Shown here in pieces: positions 10,246 to 19,880 of a stretch of 64,000 nucleotides of DNA. The position numbers and the translations under genes were made by a program. Every line of letters starts with the position of its first letter. Position 1 is the stretch's first letter. This stretch comes from an uncultured bacterium (lineage in GTDB: Bacteria > Zixibacteria > MSB-5A5 > UBA10806 > 4484-95), in NCBI GenBank assembly GCA_965603725.1, contig CBFDEC010000012.1, positions 8,097-72,096 of the forward strand. The letters run 5' to 3'. The notes under the pieces are model-generated. The model had not been told where the DNA came from and did no database searches. It saw only the letters and a list, made by a program, of their open reading frames with translations.

Positions 10246-10707
10246 CTAATAATCTTTTCGAGACCAGTCATAGGGGATTTGATCAGTGTGCGCATCAAGC
10301 CTGAACTCATCCGGGTTATCACGGTTATATGCTTTAGTAGGAACATTGATCATTATTGCTTCTTCAACGGATATCACTTTGAAACCGTGATAAACATGAG
10401 AGGGAATAACTATTAATGCTGGATTATGTTCACCGATAAAGAACTCATTGAGCATCTTAAATGTAGGCGATTCTTTGCGAGCGTCATAAAGCACGAGTTT
10501 CACCATGCCTTTTATACAAAAGAAATAGTCCTCCTGCAGTTTATGAAAATGCCAGGCTTTTACAACACCGGGATAGGCTGTCGTAAAATATGCTTGTCCA
10601 AAATTTTTAAAGATATCATCATCAGACCGCAATATTTCAGCCAGACGTCCACGCTCGTCGACATTCACTTTAAGCAACTTGGTCTTTACACCATCAATCA
10701 GTTTCAT
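10246..10707 (-). CDS. rmlC: dTDP-4-dehydrorhamnose 3,5-epimerase (cupin)
   Basis: DERGRLAE, VVKAWHFH, IPSHVYHGF; position in the rml operon. Confidence 0.85.
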   Translation of the reverse strand: MKLIDGVKTKLLKVNVDERGRLAEILRSDDDIFKNFGQAYFTTAYPGVVKAWHFHKLQEDYFFCIKGMVKLVLYDARKESPTFKMLNEFFIGEHNPALIVIPSHVYHGFKVISVEEAIMINVPTKAYNRDNPDEFRLDAHTDQIPYDWSRKDY

Positions 10708-10740
10708 TTATTACCCATATATTTGACACATTGTCAGAAT

Positions 10741-11472
10741 TTATAATTTATTTACACCCCGTTTGCGAACAAAATTAATAGTATCATTATATTCATCAAT
10801 AGACTCTCCCGCGTCCGCCCAGCGGCCGGTCAGCCTTGTGTATTTCATCAAGCCCATGTTGATATAAACATTATTAACATCGGTAATCTCCAACTCGCCT
10901 CGCCTGGAGGGTTTAAGAGTTTTGACTATGTCGAAAACCTGGTTGTCGTACATGTAAACACCAATTACCGCTAAATTGCTTTTGGGCCGTTTTGGTTTTT
11001 CGACGATCTTAACGACCTTTTTCCCTTTTATCTCGGCCACGCCATATTCCCCGGGATTATTGACTTTCTTTAAAAGAATCATCGCCCCCTTTTCCTGTTT
11101 CTTAAACCGGACAACAACCTTGTTAATGTTATTTTCAAGGATATTGTCGCCAAGAATAATTACCACTTTTTTGCCCTCGGCAAAATATTCGCATAATCCT
11201 ATTGCCTCGGCAATGCCGCCCTCCTTAGCCTGATATGTAAAGTCCAGATGTTTTAAGCCAAATTCCGAACCGTTGCCCAAAAGCTTTAAGAAATCACCGG
11301 CATTGCTGCCGCCGGTTACAATCATTATTTCTTTTATCCCGGCATCTACCAGTGTCTGTATGGGATAATAAATCATAGGTTTGTCATATACAGGCAAGAG
11401 ATGCTTATTAGTAATTCTGGTCAGCGGGTGAAGTCTTGTGCCAAGACCTCCGGCAAGAACAATACCTTTCAT
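10741..11472 (-). CDS. rmlA: Glucose-1-phosphate thymidylyltransferase (short form)
   Basis: LAGGLGTRLHPLT, KHLLPVYDKPMIYYP, VEKP, RGELEITDVN. Confidence 0.93.
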   Translation of the reverse strand: MKGIVLAGGLGTRLHPLTRITNKHLLPVYDKPMIYYPIQTLVDAGIKEIMIVTGGSNAGDFLKLLGNGSEFGLKHLDFTYQAKEGGIAEAIGLCEYFAEGKKVVIILGDNILENNINKVVVRFKKQEKGAMILLKKVNNPGEYGVAEIKGKKVVKIVEKPKRPKSNLAVIGVYMYDNQVFDIVKTLKPSRRGELEITDVNNVYINMGLMKYTRLTGRWADAGESIDEYNDTINFVRKRGVNKL

Positions 11473-11684
11473 AAAAACTCCTTATTTGAAATATAAGCTG
11501 ATTTTTTCATAAGTCAAGAATTATCAAACATAATAACGCTGGTCGCAATGACTGAATATAATGAAATTAATTGCGAAACAATACGTTAGTGTCAGATTAA
11601 GTCTTAGCTATTTCAATTAATAACTGACGGCTTTCAATCAACGATGATGAAATATCACCGTATTCATTAATATCTTCTTTCATT

Positions 11685-12776
11685 TTATTGTTCTTTGATA
11701 TTTAGATGTCTCAATATATCAGATACAACTGCTTTTGGTGTGAATTTGGCATCAAATACATTTGCATTTGATTCGCCCAGTGCCATTTGTTTGTCTGGAT
11801 TATCTAATAATTTAATAGCTTCTTGGACGATTGCTTTTGGATTATCATAAGCAAATTGCTCATTAAAATATTTATTATTCATAATATTATCTTTATTATT
11901 ATGGATTGTCTGACCTACAATGGGCATCCCCAGCAATAGCAATTGACCAAACTTAAATGACAAACAGTTATGTAAACCCCTTACATAAATTGCAATTCTG
12001 GATTTGGCCAAGCAACCTAAATACTCCTTTAGAGAGTATGGCTTTAATTGAAGATCAGCATATTTGTCGGGAACTATTTTTTTATGACTGGCGAATCCAA
12101 CTAACGAATTAATATTAGGATATTTTTGAATTTCTTTCATAATCTGATAACGGAGCACATTGTCGGCAGAATGTACTTTTTGATTATAGAAGTTTAGGAC
12201 AAAGAATATATCAAGATTCTTTTCGGAACTGCGCATTTGCCTTATTTGCTCTAAGGTTAACATTCCTTTAAGCATTCTGACCCTCCGTACAGCATCTCTC
12301 ATCGTCCACGCTACTGCACTACATGGAATAATTTTAGGGAAATATGGTAATAATGTGGGGCATTTTATGGGAAAGAAGAGGAGTGCAGGAATAATTTTGT
12401 GTGCAAACTCTCTCAAGTTGAGGTCGTTATTTATTGCATCTATGTTATAGTTAACTTTAAAGTAATATTTAACTTTCTTAAGTAGAGGTAAATGATAACC
12501 ATTTCCTTTATTAGGGTTGGCATCACAACTATCACGTGTATCTATGCAAAAATAGAATTCCTCATTAGGTAGCTTAGCTTTAAATAAACAAATAGAAAAT
12601 AGAATCTCTTTCCATTTGTCACCCATTATTTGATCAAAAAGTAATGGAGGTACTTTTTTTGATACGATAAATTTGTAGAGAAACGTTTCCGTATTTTGAT
12701 GAAAACCAGTCAGGAAATAGCTGGAATATTGTAGGTTATTAAAATCATAATAGATAATGTGATCGTTACTTCTCAT
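11685..12776 (-). CDS. AT-rich hypothetical protein with glycosyltransferase-like C-terminal half
   Basis: 363-aa ORF; 'EYLGCLAKSRIAIYVRGLHNCLSFKFGQLLLLGMPIV' resembles the GT-B nucleotide-binding segment (inference). Confidence 0.55.
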   Translation of the reverse strand: MRSNDHIIYYDFNNLQYSSYFLTGFHQNTETFLYKFIVSKKVPPLLFDQIMGDKWKEILFSICLFKAKLPNEEFYFCIDTRDSCDANPNKGNGYHLPLLKKVKYYFKVNYNIDAINNDLNLREFAHKIIPALLFFPIKCPTLLPYFPKIIPCSAVAWTMRDAVRRVRMLKGMLTLEQIRQMRSSEKNLDIFFVLNFYNQKVHSADNVLRYQIMKEIQKYPNINSLVGFASHKKIVPDKYADLQLKPYSLKEYLGCLAKSRIAIYVRGLHNCLSFKFGQLLLLGMPIVGQTIHNNKDNIMNNKYFNEQFAYDNPKAIVQEAIKLLDNPDKQMALGESNANVFDAKFTPKAVVSDILRHLNIKEQ

Positions 12777-13663
12777 GCTTGACCTCTTTCATAACAAGAG
12801 GTATTGTTTGGCCTGCAAAATAGCCAGCTTGATCTGCCCTTTGAACCAACATCGCAGATTCCACAGAATGCAGGATTTGAGGGATCAGAAATATCTAATA
12901 TATAAAAGGAATCGTAGGCGATTATGTAGCAGTAAGTTCCAGAGACGAAAACGCTGCGAACAAAATTAATAGTATCATTATATTTGTTAATGGATTCTCC
13001 GGCATCTGCCCAGCGGCCGGTCAGCCTTGTGTATTTCATCAAGCCCATGTTGATATAAACATTATTAACATCGGTAATCTCCAACTCGCCTCGCCTGGAG
13101 GGTTTAAGAGTTTTGACTATGTCGAAAACCTGGTTGTCGTACATGTAAACACCAATTACCGCTAAATTGCTTTTGGGCCGTTTTGGTTTTTCGACGATCT
13201 TAACGACCTTTTTCCCTTTTATCTCGGCCACGCCATATTCCCCGGGATTATTGACTTTCTTTAAAAGAATCATCGCCCCCTTTTCCTGTTTCTTAAACCG
13301 GACAACAACCTTGTTAATGTTATTTTCAAGGATATTGTCGCCAAGAATAATTACCACTTTTTTGCCCTCGGCAAAATATTCGCATAATCCTATTGCCTCG
13401 GCAATGCCGCCCTCCTTAGCCTGATATGTAAAGTCCAGATGTTTTAAGCCAAATTCCGAACCGTTGCCCAAAAGCTTTAAGAAATCACCGGCATTGCTGC
13501 CGCCGGTTACAATCATTATTTCTTTTATCCCGGCATCTACCAGTGTCTGTATGGGATAATAAATCATAGGTTTGTCATATACAGGCAAGAGATGCTTATT
13601 AGTAATTCTGGTCAGCGGGTGAAGTCTTGTGCCAAGACCTCCGGCAAGAACAATACCTTTCAT
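12773..13663 (-). CDS. rmlA: Second rmlA copy with a foreign C-terminal extension (LVIVD-repeat-like)
   Basis: 12955-13663 is near-identical to 10764-11472; then continues SVFVSGTYCYIIAYDSFYILDISDPSNPAFCG. Start at ATG 13663. Confidence 0.8.
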   Translation of the reverse strand: MKGIVLAGGLGTRLHPLTRITNKHLLPVYDKPMIYYPIQTLVDAGIKEIMIVTGGSNAGDFLKLLGNGSEFGLKHLDFTYQAKEGGIAEAIGLCEYFAEGKKVVIILGDNILENNINKVVVRFKKQEKGAMILLKKVNNPGEYGVAEIKGKKVVKIVEKPKRPKSNLAVIGVYMYDNQVFDIVKTLKPSRRGELEITDVNNVYINMGLMKYTRLTGRWADAGESINKYNDTINFVRSVFVSGTYCYIIAYDSFYILDISDPSNPAFCGICDVGSKGRSSWLFCRPNNTSCYERGQA

Positions 13664-13807
13664 ATTTACTCCATTTCTATTCAATATAGTAGTGAACTTC
13701 TCAGAATCAAGAACTTTGTTTAAATGCAGACATCGGCAATAGACCTGCATTTGCAGTTTAAAGCACAACTTTATTTGTGATAAATGCGCTTAGCTTCATT
13801 AAAAATC

Positions 13808-13834
13808 TAATTTTTAAGCCGTTATTTCCGATAA
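13808..13834 (+). promoter_or_regulatory. sigma28-like promoter of the pse operon
   Basis: TAAT-N15-TCCGATAA versus consensus TAAA-N15-GCCGATAA. Confidence 0.45.
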
Positions 13835-13922
13835 TGTTAAGAGGTTGTCTATAAAAGAGCTTAAAAAAACGTGTGCGAAAATAACGAGAACCTGGCTTAG
13901 CTTATAATCAGGAGATATATTA

Positions 13923-15020
13923 ATGTTTTCAGGAAAATCAATATTAGTAACCGGAGGCACAGGAACGTTTGGCAAGAGTTTTATTAATACAGTTCTTGAA
14001 AAATACCCACAGGTTAAGAAGATAATTGTTTTTTCACGAGACGAACTGAAACAGTTTGAAATGCGTGATAAATATCCTGAATCCCGATACCCGCAGATGC
14101 GGTTTTTTATCGGTGATGTACGCGATAAAGACCGTGTTAAAAGAGCTCTGGAGGGAGTCGACTACGTCGTGCATGCCGCCGCATTGAAACAGGTGTCGGC
14201 ATGCGAATACAACCCGTTCGAGGCGGTTAAAACAAATGTGCTTGGAGCTCAAAATATTATCGAAGCCTGTATGGATCAAAATGTTAAACGAGTAGCGGCG
14301 TTAAGCACAGATAAAGCGGCGGCGCCAATCAACCTTTATGGGGCAACGAAGCTCTGTTCAGATAAGTTGTTTGTTTCAGCCAATAATTTCAGAGGAAGTA
14401 AAGATATCCGGTTTGCGGCGGTTCGCTACGGTAATGTTATGGGAAGCCGGGGCAGCGTGATACCATTCTTTTTGGAAAAACGTAAAGAAGGGGTATTGCC
14501 GATAACCGATACCAGGATGACCCGTTTCAATATAACGCTCAGACAATGTATCGAACTGGTGCTGTTTGCTCTGGCTAATATGTGGGGCGGAGAAATCTTT
14601 GTGCCAAGAATCCCCAGCTACCGTATTCTCGACCTTCTTAAAGCAATTGCTCCGGATTGCGATTATAATGTCACAGGCATTCGCCCCGGAGAAAAGCTTC
14701 ACGAGCAGATGATCACCGAGACCGACGCAATTAATACTCTCGAATTTAAAAACTATTTTGTCATACTGCCATCAATGACTCTCTGGGATGTTGATAAATA
14801 TATAGAAAAGTTCGGGGGAAGCCGATGCGCTCACGGTTTTTCCTATGGCAGTGGAACGAATACCGAGCGGTTGACTGTAGATGAGTTACGCAGACTAATC
14901 CGCGAGGAAGTTGATCCGCAGTTTTCAATTGAATATATCCCAACCGCTGTAAAAAGTCGCCGGAAATTAAAGTTAAAGATGGTCCGCCCGGAGATGAAGG
15001 ATGTCTTAGCCGGTAGTTAA
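13923..15020 (+). CDS. pseB: UDP-N-acetylglucosamine 4,6-dehydratase (inverting)
   Basis: TGGTGTFG, SRDELKQ, HAAALKQV, ALSTDKA, YGATKL, RYGNVMGSRGSVIP, GIRPGEKLHE. Confidence 0.94.
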   Translation: MFSGKSILVTGGTGTFGKSFINTVLEKYPQVKKIIVFSRDELKQFEMRDKYPESRYPQMRFFIGDVRDKDRVKRALEGVDYVVHAAALKQVSACEYNPFEAVKTNVLGAQNIIEACMDQNVKRVAALSTDKAAAPINLYGATKLCSDKLFVSANNFRGSKDIRFAAVRYGNVMGSRGSVIPFFLEKRKEGVLPITDTRMTRFNITLRQCIELVLFALANMWGGEIFVPRIPSYRILDLLKAIAPDCDYNVTGIRPGEKLHEQMITETDAINTLEFKNYFVILPSMTLWDVDKYIEKFGGSRCAHGFSYGSGTNTERLTVDELRRLIREEVDPQFSIEYIPTAVKSRRKLKLKMVRPEMKDVLAGS

Positions 15021-15081
15021 TTATATCAGGAAGTATCAATATCGTTTTAATGAATCAAATCATAAAACAAGTAGTCGGTTT

Positions 15082-16314
15082 ATGGCAACAATGACCCAGA
15101 GTCATACAGGGTTCTTGCCATATGGAAAACATCACGTTTCCGAGGCCGATATCGAGGCCGTTATAAAAGTACTAAAATCCGACCGGCTGACCCAGGGACC
15201 TGGAGTTCCGGCATTTGAGAAAGCACTGGCTGAAAAGGTGGGAGCATCATATGCGGTGGCCTGTTCCAGCGGTACAGCCGCCCTCCATCTGGCAATGCTT
15301 GTGTTAGGTATTGGTCCCGGGGATGAGGTCGCGACTTCCTCAAACACTTTTCTTGCCTCGGCTAACTGTGCGCGATTCGCAGGAGCGGAAGTTCGCTTTA
15401 TTGATATTAATCCCAGCAATGGCCTGATCGACCCGGAGGCGCTCAGCAAGGTTCTACAAGCCGATAATAAACATAAAATAAAGGCTATCATACCTGTTCA
15501 TTTTGCCGGTCAGCCGGCTGAATTAACGACAATACATGCTCTCGCCAGTGAGCATAGTGCTAAAGTCGTCGATGATGCATGTCATGCAATTGGCTCATGG
15601 TATGAACATGACGGTCAAAGACATAATCTCGGCGGATGCCATCATAGCGATATGACGGTCTTTTCGTTTCATCCGGTCAAACATGTAGCAATGGGAGAAG
15701 GTGGAGCAATCACTACAAACCGGCCGGAGCTGGTAGAGAGACTTCAACGATTTCGCAATCATGGCATACAGAAAGGGAATTTTTCAAACGATAAATATTC
15801 CCGATCGCGGCAAGGGGAAATTAATCCCTGGTATTATGAAATGCATGAATTGGGCTGCAATTACCGTCTAACAGATATTCAGGCGGCGCTGGGACTAAGC
15901 CAGTTGGAACGACTTAGCTGGTCTCTAAAACGGCGAAATAACCTGGCCGATTACTATCGAGAATTGATTGGAAATACATTCCCTGATGGCGGAATCTGTC
16001 CGCTTGACGTGCGCAATTCTGTCTATCATGCATACCATCTGTTTGTAGTTCTAATCGATTTCAACAGGTTCGGGATGTCACGTGCAACAGTGATGAACCG
16101 TTTACGTCAAGCAGGTATCGGAACACAGGTACATTATATTCCGGTTCCACTTCAGCCATATTACAATCAGCGTTACCGGATTTCACCGGCTGACTTCCCG
16201 CAGACTATGAGATATTATGAAAGAGCGATAAGCCTGCCGATGTATCCGGATTTGACCCACGTCGATTGTGAACGCGTAATCGATTCATTGAAAATGAGTC
16301 TTGGGGTATTTTGA
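15082..16314 (+). CDS. pseC: UDP-4-amino-4,6-dideoxy-N-acetyl-L-altrosamine transaminase
   Basis: LPYGKH, LTQGP, DACHAIG, FSFHPVKHVAMGEGG, PWYYEM, NYRLTDIQAALG; follows pseB. Confidence 0.92.
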   Translation: MATMTQSHTGFLPYGKHHVSEADIEAVIKVLKSDRLTQGPGVPAFEKALAEKVGASYAVACSSGTAALHLAMLVLGIGPGDEVATSSNTFLASANCARFAGAEVRFIDINPSNGLIDPEALSKVLQADNKHKIKAIIPVHFAGQPAELTTIHALASEHSAKVVDDACHAIGSWYEHDGQRHNLGGCHHSDMTVFSFHPVKHVAMGEGGAITTNRPELVERLQRFRNHGIQKGNFSNDKYSRSRQGEINPWYYEMHELGCNYRLTDIQAALGLSQLERLSWSLKRRNNLADYYRELIGNTFPDGGICPLDVRNSVYHAYHLFVVLIDFNRFGMSRATVMNRLRQAGIGTQVHYIPVPLQPYYNQRYRISPADFPQTMRYYERAISLPMYPDLTHVDCERVIDSLKMSLGVF

Positions 16315-17051
16315 TGAAAACTGTTATTATTGTGCAGGCAAGGATGACCTCGACCCGTCTGCCCGGCAAAGTACTTAAGCGTATAATGGACAAGCCGCTG
16401 TTAGAGTATCAGATAGAACGCCTTCAGCGGGCGTCGCTTGCCGATGAAACAGTAATCGCAACTACTATAAACGATTCCGACATCCCGATAGTGGAATTGT
16501 GTCGACATCTGGCGATACCTTGTTTTCGCGGTTCGGAAAATGACGTACTGGCAAGGTATCATGACACTGCCCTCAAGCATGACGCAGATATAATCGTACG
16601 CGTAACCTCGGACTGCCCGCTTATTGACCCGATTGTTATCGATAGGGTCATAGGTTTCTTCAAAGATAATTATGGCGTTTATGATTATGTCTCCAATGTG
16701 CAGACCAGAACTTATCCGCGCGGCTTAGACTGCGAAGTCCTTACATCATCCGTGCTGGAGGAAATATGTCTTGAGGCTTTAGAACCGCCTGACCGCGAAC
16801 ATGTGACTCCATACATATACGGGCATCCCGAGCGTTTTATAATCGGTTCAGTAACGTATTTTGAAGACCAAAGTCACCATCGCTGGACAGTGGATACGCC
16901 GGAGGATTTTATATTAATCAAAAACATACTCGAAAATATATATCCGATAAAACCAGATTTTACCTTTGAGGACTGCCTGCAGTTGATAGAAGAACATCCG
17001 GAGTGGCTCAAGATAAACACTAATATTAAGCAAAAGGTATATGGAGAATGA
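16314..17051 (+). CDS. SpsF-type acylneuraminate cytidylyltransferase (PseF role)
   Basis: IVQARMTSTRLPGKVL, RGSENDVLARY, RVTSDCPLIDP, REHVTPY, RWTVDTPED. Confidence 0.88.
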   Translation: MKTVIIVQARMTSTRLPGKVLKRIMDKPLLEYQIERLQRASLADETVIATTINDSDIPIVELCRHLAIPCFRGSENDVLARYHDTALKHDADIIVRVTSDCPLIDPIVIDRVIGFFKDNYGVYDYVSNVQTRTYPRGLDCEVLTSSVLEEICLEALEPPDREHVTPYIYGHPERFIIGSVTYFEDQSHHRWTVDTPEDFILIKNILENIYPIKPDFTFEDCLQLIEEHPEWLKINTNIKQKVYGE

Positions 17052-18157
17052 AAACAGTAATCAGGGCGGATTCATCGACAACTATTGGTACGGGACACCT
17101 GATGAGGTGTTTAACCCTGGCTGACTACCTTCGCAATCAAGGGACGGATGTTGAATTCATAGCTCGTGAACTGCCGGGAAATATATGCGATTATATCGAA
17201 GAAAGAAAGTATAGACTTCATCGTTTGCCATTTGATGAGGACCTGCTTCAGGATAAATACGAGAGCGAATACACCCGCTGGCTTGTGGTGAGCCAGGCTG
17301 TCGATGCCGATCAGACCCTGTCGGTTCTGCTTGAAAAAATTGGCGTTGTTGATTGGCTTGTCGTCGATCATTATGGCCTGGATTATCGCTGGCAGAGAAA
17401 GCTAAGGTCATATGTCAATCGCATTATGGTAATCGATGATCTGGCCAATAGACGGCATGATTGCGACCTGCTTTTAGATCAAAACCTGCATGACAACCCT
17501 GATTCGCGTTATGACGGCCTGGTGTCTAATTATTGCATGAAATTGCTGGGACCGAGGTTTGCTTTGTTGCGCCCTGAGTTTATTCAGGCAAGAGAAAACA
17601 TGCCGAAACGCAATGGAATAGTTAATCGTATCCTGGTTTTTTTCGGGGGTTCCGATATATCCAATGAAACGGCCAAGGCTCTTAAGGCAATCAAATCGAT
17701 AGACCTATCTCAAATTGCCATTGATGTAGTAATCGGGAGTTCGAATCCGCACAAGAGCAATATCGAAGCGATAAGCCGGGGCATGCAAAATGTTACTCTT
17801 TATCACCAGGCGCTGAATATGGCTCAATTAATGGTAAAGGCAGATCTGGCAATCGGGGGCGGGGGCACGACTACCTGGGAGCGATGTTATCTCGGCTTGC
17901 CCGCGATAATCGTTGCCATCGCTGAAAACCAGATAGAAATTGGAAGAATGTCGGAGAGAGCGGGGGTTGCCAGCTATCTCGGTATAAGCAAAAATGTCAG
18001 CGATGAGGATATCTCAAAGGAAATAATAAAATTGATGGAGCATCCGGATGAATTACGAGAAATGGGAAAACGAGGGGTGAAACAGGTTGACGGTCAGGGT
18101 GCGCTCCGGGTTTGTGCCCAGTTAATTCAAAATGCTCGAGCGGGAGTTGCGATATGA
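17048..18157 (+). CDS. pseG: UDP-2,4-diacetamido-2,4,6-trideoxy-L-altropyranose hydrolase
   Basis: RADSSTTIGTGHLMRCLTLA, VVDHY, IDDLANR, GGGTTTWER. Confidence 0.93.
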   Translation: MKTVIRADSSTTIGTGHLMRCLTLADYLRNQGTDVEFIARELPGNICDYIEERKYRLHRLPFDEDLLQDKYESEYTRWLVVSQAVDADQTLSVLLEKIGVVDWLVVDHYGLDYRWQRKLRSYVNRIMVIDDLANRRHDCDLLLDQNLHDNPDSRYDGLVSNYCMKLLGPRFALLRPEFIQARENMPKRNGIVNRILVFFGGSDISNETAKALKAIKSIDLSQIAIDVVIGSSNPHKSNIEAISRGMQNVTLYHQALNMAQLMVKADLAIGGGGTTTWERCYLGLPAIIVAIAENQIEIGRMSERAGVASYLGISKNVSDEDISKEIIKLMEHPDELREMGKRGVKQVDGQGALRVCAQLIQNARAGVAI

Positions 18158-18729
18158 AAATCTTGATGCTGGGACCGTATCGAAAGCATATGGTTGACTA
18201 CCTGGAGTCATCAGGCGATGAAATTGAATCGTATGAGAGTCCAATCAGCAGAGAATCGAAACTCCTTCCTGGTGTCGATTTCATCATCAGCTATGGATAT
18301 CGACATATTATAAAAAAAGATGTTCTTAAAATGTTCCCCAGGCGTGTAATCAATTTGCATATATCGTTGTTGCCATGGAACCGGGGAACCGATCCAAACC
18401 TGTGGAGTTTTCTTGAGGATACACCTAAAGGGGTTACCATTCATTATATCGATTCCGGAATTGACACAGGAGAGATTTTAGCGCAAAAGGAAATCACCTT
18501 TGACGCAAATGAAACCCTGAGAACCAGTTATGATAAACTTTCTTACACTATTGAACGGCTTTTCAAAGAGACCTGGCCTGAAATCCGTGTGAGCCGTCAA
18601 AAGTCGTATGCCCAACCCGCTGGGGGAACCTTTCACCGTAAACGGGACCGAACCTCTGTAGAGCAGTTACTCAAATATGGGTGGGATACTCCTGTCGCTA
18701 ATCTCATCGGAAAGACTGTAAGAAAATAG
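18154..18729 (+). CDS. Sugar N-formyltransferase
   Basis: INLHISLLPWNRG (HxSLLP formyltransferase motif), GVTIHYIDSGIDTGEI; ATG at 18154 overlaps the pseG stop. Confidence 0.88.
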   Translation: MKILMLGPYRKHMVDYLESSGDEIESYESPISRESKLLPGVDFIISYGYRHIIKKDVLKMFPRRVINLHISLLPWNRGTDPNLWSFLEDTPKGVTIHYIDSGIDTGEILAQKEITFDANETLRTSYDKLSYTIERLFKETWPEIRVSRQKSYAQPAGGTFHRKRDRTSVEQLLKYGWDTPVANLIGKTVRK

Positions 18730-18744
18730 TGAGGAGAAAAACAT

Positions 18745-19803
18745 ATGCCAGAAAAAGAAATTACCATTGCCGGTAAAAAAATCGGCAGCAGCCATCCGCC
18801 CTTTATAATTGCTGAGATGTCGGCAAACCATAACCAGTCGATTGAGCGCGCCCTGGAGATTGTCGACGCCGCCGCCCGGGCAGGAGCTCATGCCCTGAAA
18901 CTCCAAACATATACCGCAGACACGATGACGCTCGATATAAATGAAAATGAATTTCGAATCGATGACCCCGAAAGCCTGTGGAATGGTTATTCACTGTATG
19001 AACTGTACGAACAGGCATACCTGCCCTGGGATTGGCATGAACCGATTTTCAAACGCTGTCAGGAGCTGGGTATAATCGGAATAAGTACGCCGTTTGATTT
19101 AACAGCGGTCGATTTTCTTGAGAAGCTAAATGTTCCGGCATATAAAGTGGCCTCATTTGAAAACCATGATATTCCCCTATTACGGCGAATTGCTGAAACA
19201 GGAAAGCCAGTCATTATCTCAACCGGCATGGCTACTGTCGCCGAGCTTGATGAAACAGTAAGAACCATTCGTAAAACAGGCAATAATGATATCATCCTGC
19301 TCAAGTGCACCAGCAGTTACCCGGCTTCGCCCGAATCGACAAATATCCGGACTATACCGCACATGAAGAGCTTATTTGATATTCAGGTGGGTCTGTCCGA
19401 CCATACGCTGGGAATCGGCGTTGCGGTAGCGTCAGTTGCTTTTGGGACGACAGTAATTGAAAAGCATTTCACGCTGGCCCGGTCTGATGGAGGCGTTGAC
19501 TCGGCTTTCTCCCTTGAACCGGATGAAATGAAATCACTGGTTGAAGAAACAATGCGGGCCTGGCTGGCGCTGGGTAAAATAAGCTATGGCCTGACTGAAA
19601 AAGAGAAAGGCTCGCTTCAGTTTCGCCGATCACTCTATGTGGCGGAGGATATGAAAGCCGGAGATACGTTCACAAAGAAAAACCTGCGGCTGGTCAGGCC
19701 GGGATACGGATTACCGCCTAAGTATTATGATGTTATCGCCGGTAAAAAGGTCAATCGTGATGTTAAGAAAGGCGCCCCTGTCAAATGGGAGCTTGTCGAA
19801 TAA
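18745..19803 (+). CDS. pseI: Pseudaminic acid synthase
   Basis: IAEMSANHNQ, KLQTYTADTMT, KVASFE, GLSDHTLG, IEKHFTL, C-terminal SAF domain (RRSLY...RPGYGL). Confidence 0.95.
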   Translation: MPEKEITIAGKKIGSSHPPFIIAEMSANHNQSIERALEIVDAAARAGAHALKLQTYTADTMTLDINENEFRIDDPESLWNGYSLYELYEQAYLPWDWHEPIFKRCQELGIIGISTPFDLTAVDFLEKLNVPAYKVASFENHDIPLLRRIAETGKPVIISTGMATVAELDETVRTIRKTGNNDIILLKCTSSYPASPESTNIRTIPHMKSLFDIQVGLSDHTLGIGVAVASVAFGTTVIEKHFTLARSDGGVDSAFSLEPDEMKSLVEETMRAWLALGKISYGLTEKEKGSLQFRRSLYVAEDMKAGDTFTKKNLRLVRPGYGLPPKYYDVIAGKKVNRDVKKGAPVKWELVE

Positions 19804-19880
19804 TCTGCAGTTATACAGTAGTAAACCGGCAATTTGTAAAGGCTGGTGAAGAAGGATGATGTCTAATTGAAAGCAAGCGA

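Noticed and set aside
13664-13768. 35-codon N-terminal extension of the second rmlA in the ORF track
   Set aside because: Identity with the other rmlA begins at ATG 13663, which has its own GGAG RBS.
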